Of a stretch of 64,000 nucleotides of DNA, positions 36,402 to 50,212 are shown piece by piece. The notes below the pieces were generated by a model. That model did no database searches, had not been told where the DNA came from, and saw only the letters and a list, made by a program, of their open reading frames with translations. A program made the position numbers and the translations under genes. Location of the stretch: contig JAWMAR010000329.1 of the NCBI GenBank assembly GCA_036785375.1, positions 372,001-436,000 on the forward strand, given 5' to 3'. The stretch is from Leucoraja ocellata. Taxonomy: Eukaryota. The stretch's first letter is position 1, and each line of letters starts with the position of its first letter.

Positions 36402-36552
36402 AATTGTAATTTGTAATTTATTTATTTTAGGGACTGCATATTAATAAACATTTAGATGTAATACGCAAGATTGTAGCCAGTAGCTAATTTCCATCTTTAG
36501 TCCCTCCGGTAAACAAGGTAAACACATCACAACACAACACAAATGGTCTATT
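36402..36552 (-). mobile_element. Short insertion interrupting CR1 ORF2 (probable retroelement 3' end)
   Basis: CR1 sequence reads ...gaaacaagta[insert]agtagagtagc...; the insert begins with taattgtaatttgtaatttatttatt, a reverse simple-repeat/AATAAA tail. Confidence 0.65.
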
Positions 36553-39500
36553 AGTAGAGTAGCTATGGAAACTATGAGATTCAAAGAAGAAGAAGTACTG
36601 ACACTTTTGAGAAATATAAAAGTGGATAAGTCTCCAGGTCTGGACAGGATATTTATTCCCTAGGACATTGAGGGAAGTTAGTGTAGAAATAGCAGGGGCT
36701 ATGACAGAAATATTTCAAATGTCATTAGAAACGGGAATAGTGCCGGAGGATTGGCGTACTGCGCATGTTGTTCCATTGTTTAAAAAGGGGTCTAAGAGTA
36801 AACCTAGCAATTATAGACCTATTAGTTTAACGTCAGTGGTGGGCAAATTAATGGAAAGGATACTTAGAGATAATATATATAAGCATCTGGATAAACAGGG
36901 TCTGATTAGGAACAGTCAACATGGATTTGTGCCTGGAAGATCATGTTTGACTAATCTTCTTAAATTTTTTGAAGAGGTTACTCGGGAAATTGATGAGGGT
37001 AAAGCAGTGGATGTTGTATATATGGACTTCAGTAAGGCCTTTGACAAGGCTCCTCACGGAAGGTTGGTTAAGAAGGTTCGATTGTTGGGTATTAATGGTG
37101 GAGTAGCAAGATGGATTCAACAGTGGCTGAATGGGAGATGCCAGAGAGTAATGGTGGATGGTTGTTTGTCAGGTTGGAGGCCAGTGACGAGTGGGGTGCC
37201 ACAGGGATCTGTGTTGGGTCCACTGTTGTTTGTCATGTACATCAATGATCTGGATGATGGTGTGGTAAATTGGATTAGTAAGTATGCAGATGATACTAAG
37301 TAAGATAGGTGGGGTTGTGGATAATGAAGTAGATTTTCAAAGTCTACAGAGAGATTTATGCTAGTTGGAAGAGTGGGCTGAAAGATGGCAGATGGAGTTT
37401 AATGCTGATAAGTGTGAGGTGCTACATCTTGGCAGGACAAATCAAAATAGGACGTACATGGTAAATGGTAGGGAATTGAAGAATGCAGGTGAACAGAGGG
37501 ATCTGGGAATAACTGTGCACAGTTCCCTGAAAGTGGAATCTCATGCAGATAGGGTGGTAAAGAAAGCTTTTGGTGTGCTGGCCTTTATAAATCAGAGCAT
37601 TGAGTATAGAAGTTGGGATGTAATGTTAAAATTGTACAAGGCATTGGTGAGGCCAATTCTGGAGTATGGTGTACAATTTGGTTGCCTAATTATAGGAAGG
37701 ATGTCAACAAAATAGAGAGAGTACAGAGGACATTTACTAGAATGTTGCCAGGGTTTCAGCAACTAAGTTACAGAGAAAGGTTGAACAAGTTAGGGCTTTA
37801 TTCTTTGGAGCGCAGAAGGTTACGGGGGGACTTGATAGAGGTCTTTAAAATGATGAGAGGGATAGACAGAGTTGACATGGATAAGCTTTTCCCACTGAGA
37901 GTAGGGAAGATTCAAACAAGGGGACATGACTTGAGAATTAAGGGACTGAAGTTTAGGGGTAACATGAGGGGGAACTTCTTTACTCAGAGAGTGGTAGCTG
38001 TGTGGAATGAGCTTCCAGTGAAGGTGGTGGAGGCAGGTATGTTTTTATAATTTAAAAATAAATTGGAAAGTTATATGGACGGGAAAGGAATGGAGGGTTA
38101 TGGTCTGAGCGCACGTATATGGGACTAGGGGAGAATACGTGTTCGGCACGGACTAGAAGGGTCGAGATGGCCTGTTTCCGTGCTGTAATTGTTATATGGT
38201 TATATGGTTAATAGCAGCTTACCTTCAGTAGAAGTGTAATGCAGTGCTATAATAAGGAGCAAGAATACGATAAGCACATAAAAAATTATTATTTTGACCA
38301 AAACCAGATATAATCAAGTTACAACGTAAAAGGTAGCCATTTTGGGATGGAAAAAAGTTTCAAGGAGAAAACAGACATCTGATTAGGATTACATGGGTTA
38401 GGAATGATTTGATAAATTGCAATCAAAGGGACAGCTGGCTACGTGAAACTTTTTGAAGTTCTAGCAGAAGGACTGCATCAAAGGGCTGCTAGATTGGAGA
38501 GGTCTAAGAAGAACGCAGCCTCTCTCACTGCCACTTTAACAGACTGGGGATATTTGCTCAAGTCAATTGAAACCAGATGAAAAACATCTGGCACTAGGTA
38601 TGCGATATTTAGATCCTAACCCCACAAAACGTGCTTTCACTTTAATTTTGAGTTTGCTGAACTCTGCAAATCCTGCTCATTTCTTTCTGAAAGTTTTCAG
38701 GCACATCGACGGAGTATTGTTTTACTTAAAAGGTTTGTAGCGACGTGAAAAGCGGGAGAAAACAAGAGTTTCTGCACGTATTTGCAGATTGCAACATTTG
38801 GTTTCAATTGGGAATTGAGCGCACCATTAACAGTTTAATTTCAGCAGAGTTGAAGTTAGGAATGGGTCATGTGTTTGCTCACCATGAATCCACAAAATAT
38901 ACCGTCATGATGGAACGTACACTGGAAATGGCCAGCTCCTCAATACTTCAATAGACTGGCTAACTATGGAACTAGTAGAGAAGGAGTGGGTACCAGTCTT
39001 ATAAGGCACACTGGCCATAGTTGCACCAGCGCCCTGGCAACCAAGGAAATCAGAGAGATTGCAGAGGTGAGGGAGACCAGGTGACCACCCAGGGCTGCCG
39101 TAGGATAAGCTTGGCAAGCAATGGCTCCAGCTGCCTTCCCCAGGTGTGACAATCACCAGTAAATTTGAGCCAGAGCTAAGTTCCATGTCCTCACAAGATA
39201 AGCCAAGGAGTTGCCCATAGCTCAAACAATTGTAGTAGCGGGCTTGGTAGTTCGATCAGGTGATCAGTGCAGCTGGTGCAGAAGGAGATATGTACAATCT
39301 GGACTCTCTTAGTTGGTTATTGGTGATCTCTGTTGAAATTAGGGGTGGAGAAGGTCACTTTGATTGGAATATGGACAATGACTTGTGAAAAGGGGCTCAG
39401 TGTAAGACTCAAATAAACCATGCAGTTCATACATTCATGTTCTGCTCTGGTGGGAGTGAAGGCTAATGTTGTTCTGCTGGGGCTTGATGTTGGTGCTGCT

Positions 39501-39771
39501 GTTGTTTAGACTGTACCTGTGTCGCTCAGGCTCCACGTCTGTTTATTCTCTGACACAAGCGTTTGGCCCAATGGTGCAAAACTCAGAACACAATGATAAA
39601 ATCAGCTACTGGCCACATAAAACTGGCCATCCCTGGGATTGGTGCTTGCACCAGAATCCCATTTCAACAGAGTAATGTCATTTTCCACAATTCTGGTATT
39701 AGCGTGACTCTCATTTTGGTGGCGAACAACTGCTGCTGTCATACTGTAAGTCGTTCGGATTATCATAGAAA

Positions 39772-40086
39772 TATAAAGTACAGAAACAGGTCCTTTGGCC
39801 CATCAAGTCTGCACCAACCATCAAGCATCCATTTACACTAACCCATTTTTACTTTCTCCTAGCACCATCAACTTCCAATGCTCCAATACTGATTCACACA
39901 CTGGGGGAAACTTACTGTGGCCAAGCAACCTCTTAACTGCATGTGGGAAGAAGCTGTGAATCATCTGGAGAAATCCCATGCGATCAAAGGGTCACATTGT
40001 GTGCCATCTCTACACAAACAGCATTGAAGGTCAGTAATGTCCAGGTGGCTAGGAGACAGCAGCTCTACTAGTTGTGCCACTGTGTC
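39772..40086 (-). mobile_element. HE1-like V-SINE, diverged
   Basis: Minus head gacacagtggcacaactagtagagctgctg, decayed V-domain, CR1-type tail. Confidence 0.6.
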
Positions 40087-40117
40087 AGGAGCCAGTGAGG
40101 CAAAGGGTACACATGAG

Positions 40118-40262
40118 CAGTGGCGAACTGGGTCTCAAAATATTGGTTGCCAGGAGACAAAGGGGGCCCACTTCATCAGGGGCCCACTTAATATAAGGGG
40201 CCCACTTCATCAAAGGCCCACTTGCCATCGGGCAAGCTGACACCCTGGCCAGTCCGCCACTG
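40118..40262. mobile_element. hAT-type MITE, copy 2
   Basis: Same TIRs; perfect 8-bp TSD cacatgag; internal gg(g)gcccactt motif in 4 copies versus 2 in copy 1. Confidence 0.9.
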
Positions 40263-42399
40263 CACATGAGACCATAAATGCTGGAATCTTGAGCAAAGAA
40301 CAAACTGCTGGAGGAACTCAGTGGTTCAGGCAACATCTGTGGAAGGAAATGGACAGATGGTGTTTTGGGTTGAGACCGTTCTTCAATCTAATGGAATAGA
40401 GGGGAAATATCTGAGGGGAATAGATGAGGGGAAGGGGTGGGGCAAGAGCTAGCAAGTAAAAAGTAGCCCTTGGTCCCCGGGTCACTCCCTCCGGACGAGT
40501 TGGCCATCTGAAAGAATCATACGTACTTCCCTGCAATGCAGCATGAATTATCAGGACATTTTTCTGATGATTCACAACCATCCAAGCATGGAGGGAATAA
40601 AAATGTTTTGTTTAGATAGAAAAAGATCAGGGTTATTAATGTGAACCGTTATGGACACACAAGGGCAGTGAAAGTCTGCTTGCACTCATGGGAAGAGAGA
40701 GATGCTGGCAAATCCCACTGCTTGGGATGTCACAGGGTCATCACTTAAATCAAAGTAGATGAAATCATCCCACTACAAATAGAGTGCCTGAGTGCATGTT
40801 CCATTACAGCTGTGAGGAGTAAATTGTGAGATGCTGCAGTGTTCTGCTCCAGCCACTCATAAAAACCCTAACAGAGAGGAAACTGAGTCAATGCGATCTT
40901 GACCTTCATGAAGCGAATAGTCCATGAGAGAGTGGCTGAAATCTCCCCCCAGAAGATACATTTATCTCTGCATTGACAGTATCAGGAAAACCTGGGCATG
41001 TGTATATGTCATTTATGAGGGAAAATCGGGTAGGAGGTGGTGACTCAGTAAGTGTATGTTCTTTGTGGATATGCCTGTCTTTGCCTCTGGCAGGAGATCC
41101 CTGACCCTACCTGCATGACCAGTCACTGCCAATCCAACCTGCAGTAACAGAGTGCTACCAGCAGTCATGTCACTGAACGGCTTAATGAATGAGTATCTTA
41201 TCAGTTAAATACTGGAGGAAGAACTGGTCTTTTAAGCACACTCTCGTGATTTCGAGCAGCCCACACTCAATCCATAAGCTGCTCCGTCAAATTTCCTATT
41301 GTAAGCAGAGTGTCTTTTTAAATAGTGACAATTGTAACAAAGTGCATCACACTCCTAGTTTCTTATCAATCTTCAACAGCAGTCATAGGTTACACCCAAA
41401 AGCTCCAGTTAATACTGATAAAGATGGAAATGGGTGTTGGACGAATAGCAATGTCATTATGCGCACACATAATGCCAGAAAAAGGTGAGTCATATTTGGG
41501 TATGCCTTCAACAATTTCCCATTGGACACTTTAATCATAAAAGATAATAATGACATCTATTTTGTTTCAATGAAATAAGTGCCAATCAATCTATTTTCTC
41601 AGCTACATACGTACTTCACTGGCGCCAGATTTTTAATTTGTAACCTTTAGATTTGACAATCTCTCAAAGAAAAATTAACAATGCCACACAAAGGCTGGAG
41701 GCAACTGGTGGAACGTTTGCGGTGGTTGCGGGTTGCGCTGTTGGCAGAGGCAGCCCTGGGGGGCCCTACTGCAGCTTTGTGAGCGAGTGAATGGAGCTGC
41801 AATGCAAGAACTGAAAGCTTTGCACTGGGCCAGGAAGGTCATTCCCTGCTTCATCAACCCAGTGTCGCCAGGACATGGGCTTTAAAATGACAACATAAGA
41901 AAGTGCATAGAAAGAAGCTTGGAAGTTGAAAGATTGCTCCAGAACATGGTGATTCTCTGGGTGCTGTTCCATAGAGGATCTATTGTACTCATGTAGAGTA
42001 TGATTTGACAGGACGGCATGGAAAGCAAGAATTCCATTGTAAGTCTGCAAAGAGAACAATAAAAAAGCTAAAGCAAAAACTAAATCGAAACAATAATGAA
42101 ATTGAAATTAAAGTGTTTCCAGATCAAGACCTCAAACCCAGCACATGGTTTACCAAGACTCCTTGCAGAAGGCATTTTACTGGAAGGGTATCACCTTTGC
42201 TGTATGCACACATTGCTCCAAATCCATAAGAAGGGTGTGAAATGAAACCAGTGCCTTTTTCCAACATCCCAGGACTGAATCCCTAAATTCACTTAGTTGG
42301 TTTCATTGAGCAGACTACTTTTTTTGCACCCTGCCACTTGACTCTTGACACAAGCACACTGTTCTATGCACCAACAAAGACAGCAATTCACAGGACAAG

Positions 42400-42745
42400 A
42401 AAGGAAAAGATTCAAGATACTCTGAAACTGTGAAATATACAGGATCCCCACTGATTTCTAGAAATCCCTGTCCATGGCTGATCAGAGTAGAGAAGGAACA
42501 TTTGGGACAGCACTGTGAATCTCAAGCCTATGTTTTGGGAGTGCCCAGAAGTCCTGCAAAATTGGTGGATGGAGAATTCCAATCACTTAATAAATTTACT
42601 ACTCGCCAATTAGGTACCTTCTGCTCCATTTGTAGAAGAGTATGTAGGTCCTGCATAGGCCTCATCAGTCACTACAGAAACTACAAAGAAGGAGTGGAAG
42701 CATGTCATCCTCGATCCTGATCTACTGATCCTGAAAAGGAGGATG
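42400..42745 (+). mobile_element. RTE-clade LINE 3' remnant
   Basis: CSICRRVCRSCIGLISH resembles the C-terminal CxxC..RIGLxSH finger of RTE ORFs. Confidence 0.55.
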
Positions 42746-43268
42746 AATGGGATTTAGTGTTAGCAGTGACCAGGTCAGCAGAGTTTTGGATGTCTTTCAA
42801 GTTTGCAGTGAGTACAATGGAAACCGGCCAGAAGAGTGTTAGAATGGACAAGTTTGGAGGTATCAGGAGCACAAATTAGGATTTCAGCAGAACATGGTTT
42901 CAAGTGATATTATGGAGTTGGAAATGAGCATTCTTACTGAGACTGAAAATGCCTTGACTTTATTCTTAACCCGGAGATTATTATGCCCCCAAGTTTTGGA
43001 GCAACTCAGTGGACGAGTCAGAAACATTGGAGGTCACAGGTGAGTGATGTTTTCATCCTAAAACGTGAACTGTTCATGTCTTCCAGAGATGTTGCCTGAC
43101 CCACTGAGTTACTCCAGCACATTGTGTTTTTTGTTTGTAAACCAGCATCTGCAGTTCCATGACTATAATGACCAGATGAGGCTTTCTAAAGTGCATGAAG
43201 AAAATAAAGTTGTATTGTTCATTTGTGCACAGAATCCATGCTCAAGTAGGATCATCTTAAATGGTGGA

Positions 43269-43615
43269 TGGACACAAAATGCTGGAGTAACTCAGCGGGA
43301 CAGGCAGCATCTCTGGAGAGAATGAATGTGATGTTTTGAGTCAAGACCCTTCTTCAGACTGAGTGTCAGGGGAAAAGGAGGCTAGAGAAATGGAAGGGTA
43401 AGATGCAAAAACAACAGATCAAAGCAGATGATGATCAAGGAAATATAGAATGGCTCATTGTTAGCTGAGGGGAAGGTGACAACGAGGCAAACAATCAGTA
43501 GTATTAATCAGCAGGACAGTGAAACAAGTCAGAGAACCAGGGTGGTTGAGGGATGGAGAGAGAGAGGGAGAGCAAGGGTTACTTGAAGTTAGAGAAATCA
43601 ATATTTTCCTACCGC
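43269..43615 (-). mobile_element. Penelope-like 3' end (ORF end, UTR, hammerhead-bearing terminal repeat)
   Basis: Minus strand ...NIDFSNFK* then a pyrimidine-rich UTR, then ctgaagaagggtcttgactcaaaacatcac and the common gacacaaaatgctggagtaactcagc repeat. Confidence 0.75.
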
Positions 43616-46600
43616 TCTAACCACGTAACTCTTGCATTTCCTGGGTGAATATTTTTTTTCTTAGATCTCTTAGGCCTTTCTCCAAATCTACAGCCTCTAG
43701 CTTTAAATACCTCTCTGGGAAAGGATCATAGCTGCAAACACTTTTCCTCAGATGACCAATGGCCGTGCTGGTGTACTGAAGGACATCTTTTCTGCATCAA
43801 TAGGTCAGAATTGAGGATGTGCACTGATTGTTTCATGGTGTCATTTTAATTTGCTTTCTCTCAGAGAATGCAGGAAGATCAGGTACCCATGCAGATATGA
43901 ACTGACGATTGACAAGTGACTAACCCCACTTGACGCTGAATGTCTTCAACAATGGTGGGTCTTTCACACGTTTTGCACATTGTCAATGGGGGTGGGGGGG
44001 GGGGGGTGGGGGTGGGGGGGGGGTGGGGGTGGGGGGGGAGGGGGTTCATAATGGGGAACTGCTCAGAACTGATCAGACACTTACATAAACTGCCTACAGT
44101 GACCACATCCCATGATAAAATTTAACAGCCTGAATATTAATGCTTTACTTGAGAATTCAGTTGATCTGTGAACTTCAAGGAAGCTAATCATTTGTTTCGG
44201 GAAAAGATGTTCCAACATTTTCCTAAGTTACATTCAGAGCCAGAATACTTGTCAGACCATTCCAAAAGCGATGAGATTTATCAGAAAGGGTCGTGCGTGT
44301 CCCTCTGCAACTTTCAAATGTTTCCTGTGCTTGGTTTCCAGTGAACAGTCGTATATCTCATTCCAATCTGAAACCGAGAAATATTTATTATCCTCGACTC
44401 TCTCTATTTTCATCCTTCGTTCTCTCACTTTCACAAGTTTCTTTTCAGTGAATGTTTTATTTATTAATCACCACATTCCTCAATAAAGCAAATCTCCTGC
44501 CAAAGTTAAGCTCAGCCTCATTGTAAGCTACAACGTGCACATTCTTCCTTAGTCACTTCATTCCACTCACAAGCAGGATCTGAAGCCAATATTTCCGTTC
44601 TCCCGCACACAAAGCTACGTCCTCTCTGAACTATCACCGCCGAAGAATGCCCGGTAGAGGAGATCTGGGATCACACCTGACCTATGTGGCACCTCATTAT
44701 CTCCCAACAAACACAACCATTGTGATGGCTTATTATGGAAAAGCTGCAACTTTGGTAAATATGATTCAGTTGAGGGTGTAGTGGGATAATGAAGGGGCTT
44801 GGGTGCACAGAGAGAAGTGGAGCACAAGAAGGTATGAGTATGTACCACAATAATCAGAGTCAGTGGATATGAGGAAGTAATACCCTACACAGAGGGCTGC
44901 TCTGGTGCCGCGCGCGCTTCACACTGGTCATCCTCCTGTGTGGGACTTCCTTTATCTCACTGGTCTCAGCAATGTTTGGAGCTCATGGAGTAGTGTTGCT
45001 AGGAGATTTCCACAACAAGGACAGCAATATTAAAGCAACTGTGCTTGCACAGCTGTTTGAAACATCTTGGTGGCGATTTATGTTTATCTTCAATACTGAT
45101 GCAAAATACTGCAGATATAAGTACAGGTAGAAATGTCTGAAGAAGGGTCCTGACCCAAAACATCACCTACCCATGTTCTCCAGAGATGCTGCCTGATCTG
45201 ATGAGTTACTCTGGCACGTTGTGTCTTTTTTTTTTTAATAAACTAGTATCCGCAGTTCCTTGTGTCTCTCTAGAAAATGCTGGAAATACTTTGCAAGTCA
45301 AGTAGTATCTGTGGAGAAGGAAACTGGGTTACTGACCTAGAAAGCCTATCACAAAGAACATGCTGGAATGCACAAGCCAACTGATGTCAAATATTGTTGT
45401 TAACTTTCCTGTAATGTATCTTGAGTCATTCTGCTATATTTATTTTGGTGGTGGATAAAATGAAATATTAAATGATAAGTCGAAAGCAGAACTTTTTTTA
45501 AAAGTCGCAAAAAAAATCAATTCCTCCATACTCTCAAGTGAAAAGATTCCAGCTACCCTGTCAGATATATAACATAGATACTCAAGGAGAAACCAAAGTT
45601 GTATTTTTTGTTCCATAAAAATAGTCTGGGAAAAGTAAAACAAAGATTTCCGAGTGCACTGAAGCTGGGTATTTTGAGTGACCGAGTGCTTTCCAGCAAC
45701 AACAAGAGGCAAGTGTCACAACCCTTCAACCTGACTTCCCATCTAGATACGCAGTGAAATGTAAAAGGCAAATATTTCAAACAGCAAAGAAAAAAAGACT
45801 ATCTCTCATATCAAAATGTTAACTCTTAAGTAAGAAAAGGATTTAAAAAAAAAGGATTAAGAACATTTCCATTTATGGAATGGAATTATTGATGAAACAT
45901 AATTACTGCAAATCAACTGATCTTTCATCTCGATGCAAGATGAATGAAACAGCATCTCTTGAGATAAAGTGGTCTAGTCCCTGACCTTAGACACAGCACA
46001 TATGATGAAAGACTCTCCCAATTGCTTGGCATATGAATTCTCCATCTTAATTCCACAATGATAGTTCTGTCAGCGACTTCCTACACAGTTACAATGAAAC
46101 ACAATCTAACCTTGAGGACCAGTACCCTATCACTCGACAAAGCACATTGTAACTTTCTGGATTCAACATTGTGTTCAACTATTACAAATAATGATTTTAT
46201 TATTTCCATTTACAACTCCACTGGACCCACTTTATTTATCTTGCACACTTTCCACCTTCTTTTTCCCTTGCACCATTTTTATTTCTATTTAGCTTTTCCT
46301 TTTCTGTCTTCCTTCTTAACTCAGATTTCCCCTTTTTTCTATTCCTCATGGCATTCCTAATACTTTAATAACAATAAAATAGGAGCAAGAGTAGGCCGCT
46401 TTGTCTGGCACCTCTCACAGCTTGTCCCAGCTCTGCAGAGAACATACCAAATTTGAACAAATCTCCCAGCAAGCCATGAAACTTAACCCCATTTTGAAGT
46501 CCTGACGTCCAATTTAGCCAAGATTAACTCGGGCAAATGTGACTAGCTAAAATGGGGCATCTTGGTTGGCATGGACAAATAGGGCTGAAAAGTCCATGCT

Positions 46601-47615
46601 ATATGTTACGTACTTAACGAATTACCTAAAAATGTTAACATATGAAAATATTGCAACTATTTGAAAACTACAGTATATTACAATATGAATGTTCAATTAA
46701 TCTACTTTGTTTTGGGTAGAAGAACCATTTGCTAGAAAACTGGTAGGAAACTCAATATTCCAGCATAAAACTATTTTATCATTCTTCAAAATCAACAAAC
46801 AGTTGATGTCCCATGAGAAGGACAGCACTGCCAATAGGGCAAACATCGTCAATTATGGACTGATTAGTGCAACTACATTATATGTCCAAGTACTTCTGAG
46901 CTATATTTGTTTAAAACTAGGTTCTTTCTGAATTCTGCACAGTCATTTGCTCTGACAAAATATCATGAGGACTATTGCATCTACTTAAGCAAATTTCACC
47001 ATCTGGCTTTAATTGATTTCTACAATTAAAATTTTTGATGTAGCTCCTATTACACCAGACATCAAATGTGATTTATATTTCAATGCAATTTATTTATATA
47101 CCTTACAGAATGAAGTGTATAAATTTGGCATTTGTTTTTTAATCTGACACTGTTTCATATTAGTTATGAATAGCTGATTACAATACCAAGGTATAATTGA
47201 GGGATGCACGTTATACTGAGATTAATAAACTGTTGAGAGAGATTACCATGCAGCCAAATTAGGGATACTTCATGTGCTTTAGGCAGTGAAGAACACAGAG
47301 CCATACAACATGGAAACATGCCGTTTAGCCCACCAATATACTGAAAATCAGAAAGTCTAATAACATGGTACTCGAGTGAATGGATGACCTATGGCCGCTG
47401 TGGACTCAGTAGTCCGATGAGCCTGTTTCTGTGCTGTACCTCTAAACCAAACTGTATTAAACCATTAGAGCATTTATGGATTGGAAGAGCTTGGAGGTAG
47501 AGCCAGTAAATAGTTCTTGGGTTAAATGGAAAGGTTGGTCAAAGAGTCTGTTGGTCGGGAGGTATTGCTACTGTGAACTTGCAGCACAAGGAACAGAAGA
47601 TACTGTGGGACTCAC

Positions 47616-47738
47616 CTTAGTTGGTTCCTTATCTGGCACTGCACAGTGAAAGTTGGCATTCACAGGACTAATCCATGCCAATCTCTCCAAAAATCAGTGT
47701 AGATACTTTCTTTCGCAATATCCCTTAACATAACATTA
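47616..47738 (-). other. Candidate (mostly UTR) exon of a minus-strand gene
   Basis: Acceptor ttcattcgtgtctctccag|, consensus donor AAG|GTGAGT, 123 nt of unique sequence. Confidence 0.35.
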
Positions 47739-47920
47739 CTGGAGAGACACGAATGAACCTGATGATGTTCTGTGTATTTCACTCTATACATAATGCATTT
47801 TCAATCAATAATCAATCAAGTGCAGCATGTGTAGAATTTGTACATTATCTCTGTGACTGCCTTGGTCTGCCCCAGATAATCCTAGCTCCTCCCGCAAACC
47901 AATGATCTGATGATAGGTTA

Positions 47921-48205
47921 CGGCACAGTGATATAACTAATTGAGCCATTGTATCATAATATCGGAGACCCAGGTTCAATGCTGTCCTCGGTTGCTGACT
48001 GCTGAGTTTGCATATTCTCCCTGTAACCACATGGTTTCCTCCCACATCTGAAAGTTGTGCAGTTGGTTGTCAGTTACCCCTAGTGTGTAGGTGAGTACAT
48101 TTGGAGGTAGTTGATGAGAATGGAGAGTCAAAACAAATGGGACTATTGTGGTTTATGGTTAACACAGACTCAGTGTGCCAACGGACTTGTTTCTCGACTG
48201 TAACT
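47921..48205 (+). mobile_element. HE1-like V-SINE, diverged
   Basis: ggcacagtg..gagacccaggttcaat..gagtttgcatattctccctgt..ggtttcctcccacat. Confidence 0.7.
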
Positions 48206-49679
48206 CTCTGTTACTTGACTACTGGAAATGAATAATTATTCTGTGTGAATGTCAAAGAGAGTCAGATGGGAACTGATGATTGTCACATAGAAAAAGTTGC
48301 TGGGGTTAGAGAAATAAAGAGAGGAGGAATGGGACCAATGGGCCTGCTCTCCAAAGCATGGGACCAATCGGTCAAATGGCTTCCTTCCACATAAAGATGT
48401 TTTATAACAAAGGAAATATGTAAATTAGTTATTTATTTTCTTACATTTTGAACATCTAATTCTCACAATCGTTCAGCACTTTCGCTTGATTTAAATATAA
48501 ATTTATGAATTATTCCATTTATAATATTCATCTGATTTGAAATCAAATATTTGCTAAATGTTATCATATTCTCAGAATGCCTCAATGCACTATACCACCA
48601 ATGATATGTGAGTAGTTTAATTTATAACTGCATGTTATAATGTACTGAGATTAGTTTTGTGACAGTTCACTTTTTCAGTAATCGCAACATTGCTGAATCA
48701 ATAAAACCCCTTGAATGAATAATAAAGCTGTTCCCGATTACACTCAATAAACTGCGATCTCTAAGCAGTGGAGATTGAAAATGATCAGGGAAGGAAGTTA
48801 ATGAGGAAACGTAAGGGATTGAATATGCTGGAATCTTGAGCAGTCTGATGAAAGATCCCAACCCGAAACATCAACTGTCCACTTCTCTATACAGATGTGG
48901 CATGACCTAGAGAATTAGTCAATACATCCAAAAAGCCTACCAGATTTGAATAAAACCTGACTTTAATATCCATCCTTGGTAGGTTAATTAGCTTTTTCCT
49001 TTACATTTTTTTAATTGTTAAGTACCTCTTCGGTAATTTCCTCTCCTGAAAATATTGACTTGCTTTTATCCATGTCAGCTTTCTGCCGCTCATGATTTGT
49101 AGGCATTTAAAGTTGTAGGCTGTTGAGTACAGAGCAGAAAAGTCCAGGTCATTTAACTCAATGTTGAATCCAACAACTGCAACTGTCTTCGGGCAATTTG
49201 CTTGAAGCTCATGTTTCACATGCGTAGAGGAAAACTTGTTCTTATAGCCCAACATTGGTACTCCTTGCAATTTGTTGTACAGCCAATGCAGTATTGTCGA
49301 GAGGCAATCACTCTTGTGGTGTGGGAAACACAGGATGAAATGCATGCACAGTTAACTCCCACAAGTAGCAATTTGATAATGACCAGAATGACATTCTGGG
49401 TATCTAATTCTCACAAAGTCTAAAGTCAACTCTTTAGCCTGATGGAACCATCTGCCTTTTTGCATCACTTTTTTTAATATGATACATAGAACATAGAATA
49501 ATACAGCACAGGAACAGACTCTTTGGCCCACAATGTCTGAGCTGAACACGATGCTAAGAATCTCATCTGACTGTACATGATTCATTTCCTTCCATCCCCA
49601 ACATGTCCATGTGACCAGCAATAAGGCTCTTAAATTCCACGATAGTATTTGCCTCCACCACCACATCTGCCAGCTCGTT

Positions 49680-50212
49680 TCAGGCACTCACCATTGTTTG
49701 TCAAAGAGGATTCTCTCGAACTTCTACAGGTGCACAGTAGAGAGCATGCTGACTGGTTGCATTGTGGTTTGGTTCGGCAACTTGAACATCCAGGAGCGGA
49801 AAAGAATGCAGAAAGTTGTGACCACTGCCCAGTCCATCATCGGCTCTGACCTCCCCACCATCAAAGGGATCTATCGCAGTCGCTGCCTCAAAAAGGCTGC
49901 CAACATCATCGAGGACCCGCACCATCATGGCCACACACTCATCTCCCTGCTGCCATCAGGTAGAAGGTACAGGAGCCTGAAATCTGGTACATCCTGGTTC
50001 AGGAACAGCTTCTTCCCCACAGCCATCAGGCTATTAAACTCGCCATCAAACAAATATATAAACTATAACAGACTATTGCACTTTATCTGTTTATTTATGT
50101 GTATATATATATGGTCTATGCTGAACTGTTCTTTATTTATGCTTACAGCTGCAGCAAGCAAGAATTTCATTGTCCTATCTGGGACACATGACAATAAAAG
50201 CTCTTGACTCTT
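49680..50212 (+). mobile_element. Rex1/Babar-like LINE 3' fragment
   Basis: NFYRCTVESMLTGCIVVWFG...LLPSGRRYRS...NSFFPTAIRLLN; tail aataaaagctcttgactctt; splits a minus-strand CR1 3' end (49490-49670, 50212-50405). Confidence 0.88.

Larger units (their letters stand above)
34602..38210 (+). mobile_element. CR1-clade LINE, 5'-truncated within ORF1, decayed
   Basis: ORF1 SGNH esterase remnant (VVVHIGTNDIG...DGLHLN); ORF2 APE endonuclease (YFNARSI, AISETWL, YYRPP, VGDFNFP, SDHN) and RT ([30 protein letters not shown]); internal stops and frameshifts; 3' tail (GGTTATAT)n. Confidence 0.95.
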
